From the NCBI GenBank assembly GCA_020353515.1, contig CP070695.1, positions 2,770,155-2,834,154 of the forward strand: a stretch of 64,000 bases of DNA, read 5' to 3'. The position numbers and the translations under genes were made by a program. The stretch comes from Candidatus Heimdallarchaeota archaeon (GTDB lineage Archaea; Asgardarchaeota; Heimdallarchaeia; Hodarchaeales; Hodarchaeaceae). Each line of letters begins with the position of its first letter. Positions within the stretch are counted from its first letter, which is position 1. Positions 1-13,461 of the stretch are shown here, piece by piece. The notes under the pieces were generated by a model. That model made no database searches. It saw nothing but the letters and a program-made list of their open reading frames with translations, and was not told the origin of the DNA.

Positions 1-342
1 AGTCACTAGAATACTCGATCTTCCTGCAAGATAAAAATAGACTGGAATCGTTAGTTTTGGATTAATCTCTTTATCATATTTTACTGACCTTGAACCTCGT
101 TGAAGTTCCTCTGTTGTCTTAGAAATAATATTTCTAACCCAACTAACAACAATTAACACCGTTTCAGAAGAATCTTCTTGATACTGAGATTCTAGAACTC
201 GTCCATCAACTCGAAAGAGTAATACAGCTTGCACATTTTCAAACTCAGCTAAATGTCCGATCTCTTCGCCAATTGAATTCACAACTGCTGATAAAGGCGA
301 GACTGAGAGTATATTATTAATCTGGAGTTCTTGAGAAGGCAT
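1..342 (-). CDS. Roadblock/LC7 (MglB-like) domain protein, truncated by window edge
   Basis: Not in the ORF track; manual translation from ATG at 342 gives MPSQELQINN...EFENVQAVLLFRVDGRVLESQY...PVYFYLAGRSSILVT, open to base 1. The 'V.AVLLFRVDG.VL.S' pattern is typical of roadblock folds. Starts 1 nt after the stop of the KaiC-like gene. Confidence 0.7.
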   Translation of the reverse strand, partial: MPSQELQINNILSVSPLSAVVNSIGEEIGHLAEFENVQAVLLFRVDGRVLESQYQEDSSETVLIVVSWVRNIISKTTEELQRGSRSVKYDKEINPKLTIPVYFYLAGRSSILVT

Positions 343-343
343 A

Positions 344-1090
344 CTATCTTGAGATATCATATACTAACAACCCTTTACTTTTCTCAAATCCAATAGGTTG
401 AGGTGCTTCTGCATGACCAGATCCTCTGAACTTGCGAATACTTAGCGTTCTATTGTAAATTCCACCCAATCCAATGTGTTCTAATTCGATAATTGAATCA
501 GATAAGAATAGTGGAATTCTTGCAAGAGTTTTTCCAAATCCTCTCTCGATTGTAACAATAGATGTTCCAATCTTTCTTAACGAAGAGAAAATTCTATTTA
601 TCACGTTTCTCTGCTGGTTTGCTTCTGGGATTTCTAGAAGTAAAGGAGTAAGAGGATCGATAGCTATTCGAATACCTCCATGATAACCCTCTGCTGTTTC
701 TTTGATCACTTCAAGATACTTTGGTAATTCAGACATAAAAAATCGTAAGGCAATTTCACCAGAAGTCAAGTCTGAATCTTCAGAAAAAGCAACTTGGAAT
801 TGGAGATTTCCTCGTTTATACTTCTCCTCAAATTGTGTTAAACCTATATCCTTACAGTCCTGGAGTACAGAATTTAGATGTTGTTCTAAGGAGACGTACA
901 ATGCTGGTGAATGGGGATCTTTGGAACAAAATTGCCAGCAAAATGTGGATTTACCACATCCAGGATCAGCAATGATTACATTAACCGAATTTTTCCGAAG
1001 GCCTCCAAAGACTAGATTATCAAACCCAGGAACACCACTTAATATCCTTTCATATTCTTGTTTTTCCATTTTTCTTAATAGTTTTTGCAT
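344..1090 (-). CDS. KaiC/RAD55-family RecA-superfamily ATPase (single domain)
   Basis: SGVPGFD..GG N-terminus, Walker A ADPGCGKS, YVSLEQ, Walker B RIAIDPL, C-terminal RTLSIRKFRGSGH. Confidence 0.9.
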   Translation of the reverse strand: MQKLLRKMEKQEYERILSGVPGFDNLVFGGLRKNSVNVIIADPGCGKSTFCWQFCSKDPHSPALYVSLEQHLNSVLQDCKDIGLTQFEEKYKRGNLQFQVAFSEDSDLTSGEIALRFFMSELPKYLEVIKETAEGYHGGIRIAIDPLTPLLLEIPEANQQRNVINRIFSSLRKIGTSIVTIERGFGKTLARIPLFLSDSIIELEHIGLGGIYNRTLSIRKFRGSGHAEAPQPIGFEKSKGLLVYDISR

Positions 1091-1100
1091 TTAATTCACC

Positions 1101-1703
1101 TTAAGAGATTAATAGATGTTTTGAGATTTTTAATGATGAATCTGGAGAGAAAATTTCCTCCCTTTTCTTATAATTCTGAACAAATTCAATTATTGTTTCA
1201 AAAATCTCCATTACAGAGAGTACATCTTTTGATGAACATTTAAATGAAGAAACACACTGAAATTTCTTCTGAAAAGCTGTCAAATCGATTTCTCTTTCTT
1301 CAGAAGAAGCAATATCTGATTTTGTTCCAATTAAAAATCTAGGTACATGAGGCTCAATGAAGGTCAACCACTCGGGAATCGAAAATAGGGATGATAAATC
1401 TGTCAGATCAAAACATAAGAGTGCAACGTCAGAACCTCTACAAAATTCTTTAAATACCCCCATGTTCTTGAATTGGTCTTGTCCTCCTAGATCCCAAATT
1501 TGAACCTTACCACAAGGTTTTTTATGGTCAGAAAATATTTTTGAATGAAATTCAATTGCAATTGTCTGTCTGGTATCTCTAAAAAATGAATTGTTTATGA
1601 ATGTCTTTGATATCGTGGTTTTTCCAACGCCACCTTCACCTAAGATGACTATTTTCAAAGGTTTCACACTATTTGGGGGGATTAACCTCATGAGACACAC
1701 CAA
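1101..1703 (-). CDS. Rab/Ras-like small GTPase
   Basis: G1 GEGGVGKTT, G2 QTIAIEF, G3 WDLGGQ, G4 GTKSD, G5 CSSK; no C-terminal prenylation cysteine. Confidence 0.92.
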   Translation of the reverse strand: MVCLMRLIPPNSVKPLKIVILGEGGVGKTTISKTFINNSFFRDTRQTIAIEFHSKIFSDHKKPCGKVQIWDLGGQDQFKNMGVFKEFCRGSDVALLCFDLTDLSSLFSIPEWLTFIEPHVPRFLIGTKSDIASSEEREIDLTAFQKKFQCVSSFKCSSKDVLSVMEIFETIIEFVQNYKKREEIFSPDSSLKISKHLLIS

Positions 1704-1762
1704 TACTTCCAGTATTACATTATATTTTAATTACCCAAAAATCATAATTTATGAACTAATTT

Positions 1763-2020
1763 TTGGGAGGTTATAAGATGGAAAGAAAGCAAAAAATTGG
1801 TGAAATCATGAAATTTTTTTTCAGGAAAAAAAAGGCTTTTTCTTTGATGAGGATGTGTAGGTTTAAAAGAAGAGGATCACCTTTAGTTGAAGAAGGAATA
1901 TTAATTGGATTGAGTCTTTTTGGCTTTTTACTCATTTTATCAATTGTTACTGGAGTTCTTGATTGGCTTCTAGTTAATGCTGATGAGTTACTCAAGGAAT
2001 TAGGATCCTTATTTTCCTAG
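1763..2020 (+). CDS. Flp-like short type IV pilin (class III signal peptide); true start probably a downstream ATG
   Basis: Basic leader FKRRG|SPLVEE with Gly at -1 and Glu at +5, then a hydrophobic helix GILIGLSLFGFLLILSIV and a short amphipathic tail; mature length about 47 aa. Confidence 0.7.
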   Translation: MGGYKMERKQKIGEIMKFFFRKKKAFSLMRMCRFKRRGSPLVEEGILIGLSLFGFLLILSIVTGVLDWLLVNADELLKELGSLFS

Positions 2021-2066
2021 TTAGCGATTTCTTTAACTAACTTTTTCTGCAAAAAAAAGTGCAATG

Positions 2067-2171
2067 TGGACCGAGTGGGATTTGGACCCACGACCTCCTG
2101 ATGTCTTGAGCAGAAGCTAGTAGCTGTCTGTTTGCAAGCCAGGCGCTACTTCCAGGCTGAGCTATCGGCCC
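2067..2171 (-). tRNA. tRNA-Ala(UGC) with 30-nt canonical intron (37/38)
   Basis: Acceptor GGGCCGA/TCGGTCC with G3:U70; anticodon arm CCTGG-CTTGCA|intron|A-TCAGG; BHB central helix CTTG/CAAG. Confidence 0.9.
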
Positions 2172-2214
2172 TAAATACTCAATGTCGTTAAGAAATGATT
2201 TTCTTAAAAAAGTT

Positions 2215-2781
2215 TCAATTTTCGTCGAGATGCCGTTTTTTCCAAATTCTTAGAGGTTCCTGTTTAGACTTAAATCGTAATTGTTCTAAATAACGATAGA
2301 CTGTACTATGTTTTGAACCATGAACTAATTGCATGATAGCTTCTCGCGCATTTCTAATGTCTGAAATTTCTCCAATGAGTGAAACTTGATTTCCAAAAAT
2401 AGAAATTAAGACTTCTGTACTAGCTTCAATCATCTTTCTTGCTTTCCCCTTTTCACCAATAATTCGTGACTTTATTCTTTTAACAGTGTTTTTTGATCCT
2501 CCGAGTTCAATTGTCTCCAAAAAAATATTATCGTCTAATAGATTGAAAGCTTTTTCAGCACTGAATCCTTTACCGATTGCTTTTATTATATCGCGGGCTT
2601 TCCAAACAGATGTTGGATCTGTTACATCTGATGTTGATGATATATGAACTGAACCATCTTCACTGTTAATCTGTATAGAAACACCTGTAAAAGATTCTAT
2701 TTCAGATTTCACGATACCTTTTTTCCCAATAACGACCCCAATTCGACTTTTAGGAATTTTCAAGCGACTTTCTATTACCAT
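2215..2781 (-). CDS. KH-domain RNA-processing protein (Dim2/Pno1/Krr1 family)
   Basis: Two KH GxxG loops (VIGKKG, RIIGEKGK); KARDIIKAIGKGFS and GSKHSTVYRYL motifs; follows RIO1. Confidence 0.92.
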   Translation of the reverse strand: MVIESRLKIPKSRIGVVIGKKGIVKSEIESFTGVSIQINSEDGSVHISSTSDVTDPTSVWKARDIIKAIGKGFSAEKAFNLLDDNIFLETIELGGSKNTVKRIKSRIIGEKGKARKMIEASTEVLISIFGNQVSLIGEISDIRNAREAIMQLVHGSKHSTVYRYLEQLRFKSKQEPLRIWKKRHLDEN

Positions 2782-2806
2782 TCGGGTTTTTTCACCTTAA
2801 GGGCTC

Positions 2807-3649
2807 CTATTGATCAACTGATATAAGGTTTTTATCTGGAAAATCCTTGATGATTTCATCAAATAGTTCTTTAGCGTTAGGAACCTCAAAATCCTTTCCA
2901 GAAAAAAAAGATAGAATATTTTTCAGATCTCGCATTAAAAATTCAAAAGCTTTGGGATGAGTAACCACAACACTTTGACTCATGTCTATGAAATATGGGG
3001 TATTCTCTCCAAATAAAATGTTAAAAGGCGATAGATCAGCATGTACTAGACCTGCTCGTTGAAAGAGGAGTTTTGTTTGACTCAGTATTTGATTCAAAGT
3101 TTGTTGTGTAATAGCTTCTGGAGTGTATTTCAGCAAAGGATATGGTTCTCCATCTTTTCCAAGAAGTTCCATTAGCAAGATGTTATTCTTTATTAAAATT
3201 GGTTTTGGAACGTAGATTCCTGCTAATGAACTTCTTTCGAGATTGCTATATTCTTTCTCCGCCCACAGGTAGATAATTTGCCGTGTCTTCTTGCTATATT
3301 TTCTAAACCTTCTATCACCATGAATATAACGAACAATTCGTTTGAAATTAAGTGTACTTGTGCGAAATATTTTAACAACAATTGGTGATGTAATTGAGTA
3401 CGCATTACAATATTCTTTCCCCTCTGATCCAAGCTCAGCTAAAAAAACACCAGCTTCTTTGCCAGAAGCAATGGTTCCAGTAATTGAACTGAGAAATCCT
3501 CTGGTTTGCAATCGTTTTAGCTGTTTAGCAGTATTCAGATCTATTACTGCATCCACAGTCTTAAAATCTTCAGATCTTTTCTTTTTTTTTCTCCATCGGT
3601 CTTCATTTCGACCTACTATTTCCCATATCTTTTTATCATCTGGTTTCAT
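2807..3649 (-). CDS. rio1: RIO1-family serine/threonine kinase
   Basis: IASGKEAGVF, VVKIFRTS, WAEKEYSNL, LVHADLSPFNIL, IDMSQSV. Confidence 0.95.
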   Translation of the reverse strand: MKPDDKKIWEIVGRNEDRWRKKKKRSEDFKTVDAVIDLNTAKQLKRLQTRGFLSSITGTIASGKEAGVFLAELGSEGKEYCNAYSITSPIVVKIFRTSTLNFKRIVRYIHGDRRFRKYSKKTRQIIYLWAEKEYSNLERSSLAGIYVPKPILIKNNILLMELLGKDGEPYPLLKYTPEAITQQTLNQILSQTKLLFQRAGLVHADLSPFNILFGENTPYFIDMSQSVVVTHPKAFEFLMRDLKNILSFFSGKDFEVPNAKELFDEIIKDFPDKNLISVDQ

Positions 3650-4274
3650 TCCTAGATGGCCTCAAATTACGAATTAATGGCTTTCCAAAGTATTTAGATG
3701 TGATTCTTGGTTGAATAGTGTCACAGTTGGGACATTCTAATGTATTTCGTCTCTTAAACTTTAATTCATGGCCACATTGGATACAATAGGATATTACAAC
3801 GCCTAATCCGTCTCCAATTAAGCTTACATAAACTGGTTTAGCTGCTCTTATTATTCGGAATCTAATCCAATCCCCTGGTCGAGCTACTTCGTACATATTC
3901 TTTACAAAACGTCGAGATGCTTCTGATACATGTAGTATAGCACTGATTGGGATCATCAGATTTTCTTGATTTAAATAATATATGTTAATTGAGGCAATTT
4001 GTTTTTTCATGAATTCTACGCGACCTATCCCAAGATCCCCATTTTTTATCGATCTATGAGGATTCTTTGGGATTACTGTAATCTTATGTCTCTTAGTATC
4101 TGTCACCACACGACCAAAAATTTTAGAATAAATACCCCCATCTTGTTCATAACAAGTTTCATCTGGTAGAAATTCTTCTATCACTGCTATCTTATCACCT
4201 GGTAAGACCCAATCATCATCTGAGTCTGATTTCTTGCTTTCTTTCATGTCCTTTCCCGTTAACACACTTATCAT
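3636..4274 (-). CDS. csl4: Exosome RNA-binding protein Csl4
   Basis: VLPGD..EEF N-terminal domain, S1 domain (LHVSE..GDWIR), C-terminal Zn ribbon CxxC...CPNC. Confidence 0.92.
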   Translation of the reverse strand: MISVLTGKDMKESKKSDSDDDWVLPGDKIAVIEEFLPDETCYEQDGGIYSKIFGRVVTDTKRHKITVIPKNPHRSIKNGDLGIGRVEFMKKQIASINIYYLNQENLMIPISAILHVSEASRRFVKNMYEVARPGDWIRFRIIRAAKPVYVSLIGDGLGVVISYCIQCGHELKFKRRNTLECPNCDTIQPRITSKYFGKPLIRNLRPSRNETR

Positions 4275-4410
4275 AGAGCTTTAATAATATTCGAGTTCTT
4301 TAATCTGATGCTTTGATTACGATCAGTTGAGAATCTTTTTTTAATAACTGATTCCCTACCGAATTCTCAGAATCTAGAGATAAAAGGTTTAGCTGGTTTC
4401 ATTGAAAAAG

Positions 4411-5094
4411 TCATTCTGCAATACGTAATAAGTCTACACGAACAAAATGTTCGTGTTTTCGATGAAATCTTAAGCTAGCTGATAATGGAAAATCAATTGT
4501 AGCCAAGATTATGGTATTTTTTCTATGTTTTTTTCCTAAATCTTTGATTAACCTGCGAGTTCTGGGATTCGATTTATGAATGGAGATTATTACCTTTGAA
4601 AATTTAAGCGCGTGTTTTAAAAATACCATATCTATTTTTGGTCTTTTAGTTCCAAAAGGAGGATTCATTAATGTGACTTGGAACCTTTTTCCCCATAATT
4701 TGGGTTCGGAAAATTCAATTGCTGTGATTAACAGATCTATACCTAGTTTGTTTTGTTTCTGCAATTGAACAAGGTGATTCATGGCATCTAGGTCAATGTC
4801 AACTCCCAAAATACGATTCGAGAAAAAATGCTTAATAGGAAGAGTAAACCTCCCAGTTCCGCATCCGAGATCAACGACATTTTGTCCAATTAAATCTTCA
4901 GCACATAGTATAAGTATAAAAGCAATCAAGTCACTAGGCAATGAATACTGTTCAAGTTCTACTTTAGGGGATCTAAAACTATCAATCTTGTCAATATATG
5001 ATATAATCCTTGTATATAGCTCAATTTCTTCGGGTGACCATAAGATTGTTTTAGGGGTGATGATTCGATAACTCGATTGGGGAATTCTAGGCAT
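4411..5094 (-). CDS. METTL5-like SAM-dependent (m6A rRNA) methyltransferase
   Basis: PKVELEQY, DLGCGTG, NPPFGTK motifs. Confidence 0.9.
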   Translation of the reverse strand: MPRIPQSSYRIITPKTILWSPEEIELYTRIISYIDKIDSFRSPKVELEQYSLPSDLIAFILILCAEDLIGQNVVDLGCGTGRFTLPIKHFFSNRILGVDIDLDAMNHLVQLQKQNKLGIDLLITAIEFSEPKLWGKRFQVTLMNPPFGTKRPKIDMVFLKHALKFSKVIISIHKSNPRTRRLIKDLGKKHRKNTIILATIDFPLSASLRFHRKHEHFVRVDLLRIAE

Positions 5095-5179
5095 GAAAAA
5101 AACAATTTCCTATGATGAGGGAGAAATATTTCCTTGTAATAATGGAAGACTTTCATGAAGGAAAAATGAATAGAGATTA

Positions 5180-5623
5180 TTAACGCATTGGTTTCTCTTT
5201 CTTCCCAGAAAGTAACGCACTAAGACTTACTCCATTGACATGAACCACTTTATATCTTACCCCAGGTAGATCGCCGATTGCTCCGCCCTTGGCACCCCCT
5301 ATTCCTTCTATTATTACCTCATCATGTTCATCAATGAATAATAGCCCTCCGTCTCCAGGTATGAAAGCAGTAACCTGTTTTCCATTTTTTATTAGTTGTA
5401 CTCTAACACATTTTCTAATAGCAGAATTGGGTTGTTTAGATTCAATTCCTACTTTTTCAATCACAATTCCACGCGCTTGGGGAGCTCCTTCCAGAGGATC
5501 GAATTTTTCTTTCAAACGAAGTACCTTTCTTTTATAAGCTGTACTCTTCCAACGAAATTTCTTTCTTTTCCGCAATAACTTATTTGCAGCAAATTCTCCG
5601 CGTGGTGATTTCAATCCAGTCAT
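5180..5623 (-). CDS. rps12: 30S ribosomal protein S12 (uS12)
   Basis: [30 protein letters not shown]. Confidence 0.98.
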   Translation of the reverse strand: MTGLKSPRGEFAANKLLRKRKKFRWKSTAYKRKVLRLKEKFDPLEGAPQARGIVIEKVGIESKQPNSAIRKCVRVQLIKNGKQVTAFIPGDGGLLFIDEHDEVIIEGIGGAKGGAIGDLPGVRYKVVHVNGVSLSALLSGKKEKPMR

Positions 5624-5762
5624 ATTTCTTCGCCATATTAATTTAAAATCTTAAAGAGTGTTATCAAACGATATTTCATTATCTTTGAATTCAATAGGAT
5701 TGTTTTATCTTGTTTTTTCTTTTATATAAGAAAGATTTTATTTGTTATTTTTTGATAAAAAT

Positions 5763-6203
5763 TTAGGGAGGACTTTGGATAATGACATTATTGATTCCAA
5801 AGTGTCTTTTCAGTAAAAGACGTGATCTTTGGATATTTCTACCATTCTTACCAATGGCTTTTCCCCTTTCCTGCGGGATAACCGTAACTACAACAGTTTT
5901 CTTTCCTGATTTCTCATGAATCTCAATGTTTTTTGTCTTAGCTGGTGCAAGAGTGTTTGCAGTAAAGTTCTCTAAATTTTCAGAATATACAACAATGTCT
6001 ATCTGTTTTTGGAAATGATCTCGAAGACGTCTAATAGTTGTTCCTCCACGACCTATAACTTTACCTGTGTCGTTTCGCCGAACTACAAAAATAACACGAG
6101 TTTCAGATTTATCCCAAACACAATCAACTGCGAGGGCACCCGTAAGTCCTTCGAGAATGGAAATAAATCGAAGTTCTTCTTGGGACATTCGAATATTTGA
6201 CAA
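5763..6203 (-). CDS. nusA: Archaeal NusA-like KH protein (start adjusted to downstream TTG)
   Basis: GKVIGRGG and GKAIGKNGRNI KH motifs; conserved position after L30e. Confidence 0.92.
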   Translation of the reverse strand: MSNIRMSQEELRFISILEGLTGALAVDCVWDKSETRVIFVVRRNDTGKVIGRGGTTIRRLRDHFQKQIDIVVYSENLENFTANTLAPAKTKNIEIHEKSGKKTVVVTVIPQERGKAIGKNGRNIQRSRLLLKRHFGINNVIIQSPP

Positions 6204-6217
6204 TAAAAAACATCCTA

Positions 6218-10429
<4,212 letters not shown>

Positions 10430-10839
10430 TAATATTACAGCTAGAGCAAAATAAAGATTTTAGAGAATAATAATGAATCTTTCAGGGAAGGTGTTGGCAA
10501 GGAATGTGAGAATTACTCAACTAAGGCCAGCTGCATAAATGCTTATGTATTTTGACTAAGACCAGCCAGAAGCTTGTTTCCTAGAATTGAAAGCTAAATG
10601 GTAGAATTACAGTTTAAGAATTTAGATTTTAGATGGTTCATGATTAGTAAAAACGAGATTTTTAGAACTACCAAGCTTTCGAGCATGTATTTCTGCATTA
10701 GTTCAATTTTTCTGATCAGGATCCCAACTTAAGAATTCATTACAAAATTACCTTTTTTTGGTAAAATAAAGAAATTTCCAACAATTGGATTGTTTTAAGG
10801 TTCTGAGGGTCTGAAGGAAGCGATCTACACTTTGGCTAA

Positions 10840-11025
10840 TTAAACACTAACTTTTAGATTATGTAGAGTAAAGATGAAAAGACCAGTCAATAAACAAAAT
10901 TTTCCGATTCGACTACCACTGGGGGCATAGAGAATTGAACCAAAGGTTATTAAAAGCGCTCCAAATTGTACAGATAAAATTACTTCCAAGCAGATGAAGA
11001 TTATGCCTGTAAGGATTTCCAACAA
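10840..11025 (-). CDS. Small two-helix membrane protein, VirB2/TrbC/CedA1-like pilin candidate
   Basis: 61 aa; hairpin LLITFGSILYAPSGSRIGKFCLLTGLFIF (G-x-I-x-Y...GK); 4 nt downstream of the 173-aa paralogue. Confidence 0.5.
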   Translation of the reverse strand: MLEILTGIIFICLEVILSVQFGALLITFGSILYAPSGSRIGKFCLLTGLFIFTLHNLKVSV

Positions 11026-11029
11026 ACAT

Positions 11030-11551
11030 TCATGTCCTCCATAATGGCATATTCGGAAACTGAAAACCTAATGGTAAAATAATACAGACTAGACAGATCA
11101 AACTCTTTTTCAAGGTATTAATCCGCTTTTTATCCGATGAAATGATATATAATCCGAGATTTCCAAGAAAAATAATGAAAGATAAGGCAGCAAATATAAA
11201 AAGCAAATAAGATGTTATAAAGGATGTAATTGACTGAAATCCCTCAAAAGGTTCTGTTACCTCTTCCGTAGTAGGAAAATTTGGATTGAAAATGAAGATT
11301 AATAGTGCTAAGACAGCCAATGATCTTAAAATCATCTTTTTGCCATTTTCCTCATTATAATCTAAAAGATAGACTATAGCTCCTGAAATAATTGAAAGAT
11401 TTACTACAACAATCGCGATACAAAGAGAAATTGGGAATAGAGATGAAAAGAATTCCATCATTTTGTTTGAAAAAGCTTGGAGATAGTTTATGACCTCAAA
11501 AGAGAAAAGGTCCCTTTCATCCATTAAAAAAGCCAGACAGTCTAGAATCAA
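11030..11551 (-). CDS. Four-TM membrane protein with two tandem VirB2/TrbC-like pilin hairpins
   Basis: Repeat 1 LSIISGAIVYLLDYNEENGKKMILRSLAVLALL; repeat 2 FIIFLGNLGLYIISSDKKRINTLKKSLICLVCII. Confidence 0.55.
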   Translation of the reverse strand: MILDCLAFLMDERDLFSFEVINYLQAFSNKMMEFFSSLFPISLCIAIVVVNLSIISGAIVYLLDYNEENGKKMILRSLAVLALLIFIFNPNFPTTEEVTEPFEGFQSITSFITSYLLFIFAALSFIIFLGNLGLYIISSDKKRINTLKKSLICLVCIILPLGFQFPNMPLWRT

Positions 11552-11711
11552 GATTATCCCTAATATTCCTGGAAGTAAGCGAATCCTATGTTAATTCATA
11601 ATTATGGCATATAAACTCCCAAGATTATTCCAATCATTTTTTTAAATTTAAGATCACTTTTCATTTCTATTACCATTTTCCTTACTAGCAAAATCTCCAA
11701 TGAATAGGATC

Positions 11712-13109
11712 CTAGATTTCACTACTGGCTTCCTGACCTAGGTCAATGGTAATACCTTTTAGATTATCTATAACATCATTTATATCAATTTGATTTACAA
11801 TTAGAGAATCCAATGTAAAAATTCCTGACTCGGAGCTTGGATAAGAAAGAAAAGATTCAATATTCTTTTCAGATAGAGTTTCAATCTTCCCTTCCTTTGT
11901 CAATTCAGCAATTCTCATAATTGTCCGCTTTTTTACATTTTTGATCCAAGAGACATTCAATTCGATGAAAACATGAGGGAATGAAGTTTTCAAAAGTCCA
12001 AGGGGAATCTCATATATATCTTTTAAACGAATGAATAAATATTCAGGATTTCGACCATGTATTGTTTGAATTGATGGAATTCCCACAGAAAGAACATTCA
12101 GGAAGGCTGTAAAGTTGTCTTTTGTAGAAAGTTCTCCTAAGTTTATGAAATCTGGACTTCTATGCAAAATTTTTTGGATCTCCAGTGATTTTGAAAAAAC
12201 CATTTTTTCTTGAGGGTCATATCCCAAACGAAATCTAACTGTATTTCCCTGTCTTGTTTCAGTAGTTTCAAGAACATCTTCCACAGATAGAAGCCGAAAA
12301 TGAGGAGGAATGTATTCAATTAAGGCGTTCTGTAGTGTTGTTTTTCCTGAATTTGGAGGCCCAATAATAGATATAGAAACTTGATTCTGTATTAAAAATA
12401 CCAACAAAATTGCCTGATTTAAAGTAATACTTCCATTGTTTACTAGATCTGATATTCTTAATTTTTGAGAACGAAATTTCCTAATGTCGATGTGAAAATC
12501 TTCAATGATAAGAGGAGGTATATCTACCGTAACTCGAGTATGGAATAATGAAGACACAAAATCTGATTTCATGGTTGGATTACTTTTATTTAAAGAAAAA
12601 TCGTTTTCTAATGCAACTCGATAAATAAAGGATTCAATTTCTTCTTTTTTAAGTTTTATTGATGTAGTACATCTCCCATGTCTTGAATGGTCAATGTAAA
12701 GGTTTTTTTTGCTTGAATCTAGATAAATTTCGTCAATCTGATCATCAATTAATACGGATCCAATTTTCTCAAGATCGAGTGCACGTAACAATACTGGGAT
12801 TAATAGTTGTTCAGGAAGTTCTAAATGACTAGAAATATCTGCTGATAAGTAATTGTAAAGTTGGTTAAAAGTACAAAAGTCTTTTTGCCCTAAAACAAAT
12901 TCTTTAAGGTAGATCTTAATCTCCTTTTCATAACGGCTAAAATTTTTTAAGTGATTATACGTTAAAGGATTGTATTGAACCTGATACTCAAATTCTTTTG
13001 TTTGGGGCACTTTAACTATCGAAACAATGTAACAATGAAAAGAATAGGAGTCTATCACCATTTTCTCGTATTGATCAATACTATAGTTACTAATTGATTG
13101 ATAATTCAT
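11712..13109 (-). CDS. Type II/IV secretion ATPase (CpaF/TadA/VirB11 family)
   Basis: DDQIDEIYLD, IDIRKF, Walker A GPPNSGKTT, Asp box SVEDVLE, LHRSPDFINLGEL (Walker B), His box QTIHG. Confidence 0.92.
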   Translation of the reverse strand: MNYQSISNYSIDQYEKMVIDSYSFHCYIVSIVKVPQTKEFEYQVQYNPLTYNHLKNFSRYEKEIKIYLKEFVLGQKDFCTFNQLYNYLSADISSHLELPEQLLIPVLLRALDLEKIGSVLIDDQIDEIYLDSSKKNLYIDHSRHGRCTTSIKLKKEEIESFIYRVALENDFSLNKSNPTMKSDFVSSLFHTRVTVDIPPLIIEDFHIDIRKFRSQKLRISDLVNNGSITLNQAILLVFLIQNQVSISIIGPPNSGKTTLQNALIEYIPPHFRLLSVEDVLETTETRQGNTVRFRLGYDPQEKMVFSKSLEIQKILHRSPDFINLGELSTKDNFTAFLNVLSVGIPSIQTIHGRNPEYLFIRLKDIYEIPLGLLKTSFPHVFIELNVSWIKNVKKRTIMRIAELTKEGKIETLSEKNIESFLSYPSSESGIFTLDSLIVNQIDINDVIDNLKGITIDLGQEASSEI

Positions 13110-13131
13110 TTTTTACTCCCTGCTAAAGATT

Positions 13132-13461
13132 TCATTCTGGCTTCTTTGACTCTTGAATCATTTGACTAAAAATGGCTCCTAGATTGTTGGAAAGAGAGTT
13201 TTTTAATGAATTATCTTTATTTTCTGCAATATCAAAGCAGTATTTTCTTCGTACAATTCCTTGACCATCGATATAAAGAGTAAGAATATGACCCTCCTTT
13301 GAATGCGACATTGCCTTGGTAATAAGAGAATGTTGTTCACGGGCATTGATTAATTCAGACTCAGAAATAAAAATCGATTCCTTCTTTCCACATATTGGAC
13401 AAGTCGTCTGAATGACAGTTTTTTGCGTTTGGAGGATAGGCAATTCAACTACCGTAATCAA
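13132..13461 (-). CDS. Small putative Zn-binding protein (CPxC...H...H...LYID...VR)
   Basis: TCPICGK, SHSKEGHILTLYIDGQGIVRR; 22 nt upstream of the ATPase on the same strand. Confidence 0.65.
   Translation of the reverse strand: MITVVELPILQTQKTVIQTTCPICGKKESIFISESELINAREQHSLITKAMSHSKEGHILTLYIDGQGIVRRKYCFDIAENKDNSLKNSLSNNLGAIFSQMIQESKKPE

Noticed and set aside
1808-1860. KKKA|FSL as a second prepilin cleavage site
   Set aside because: Followed by MRMCRFKRR, not a hydrophobic helix.
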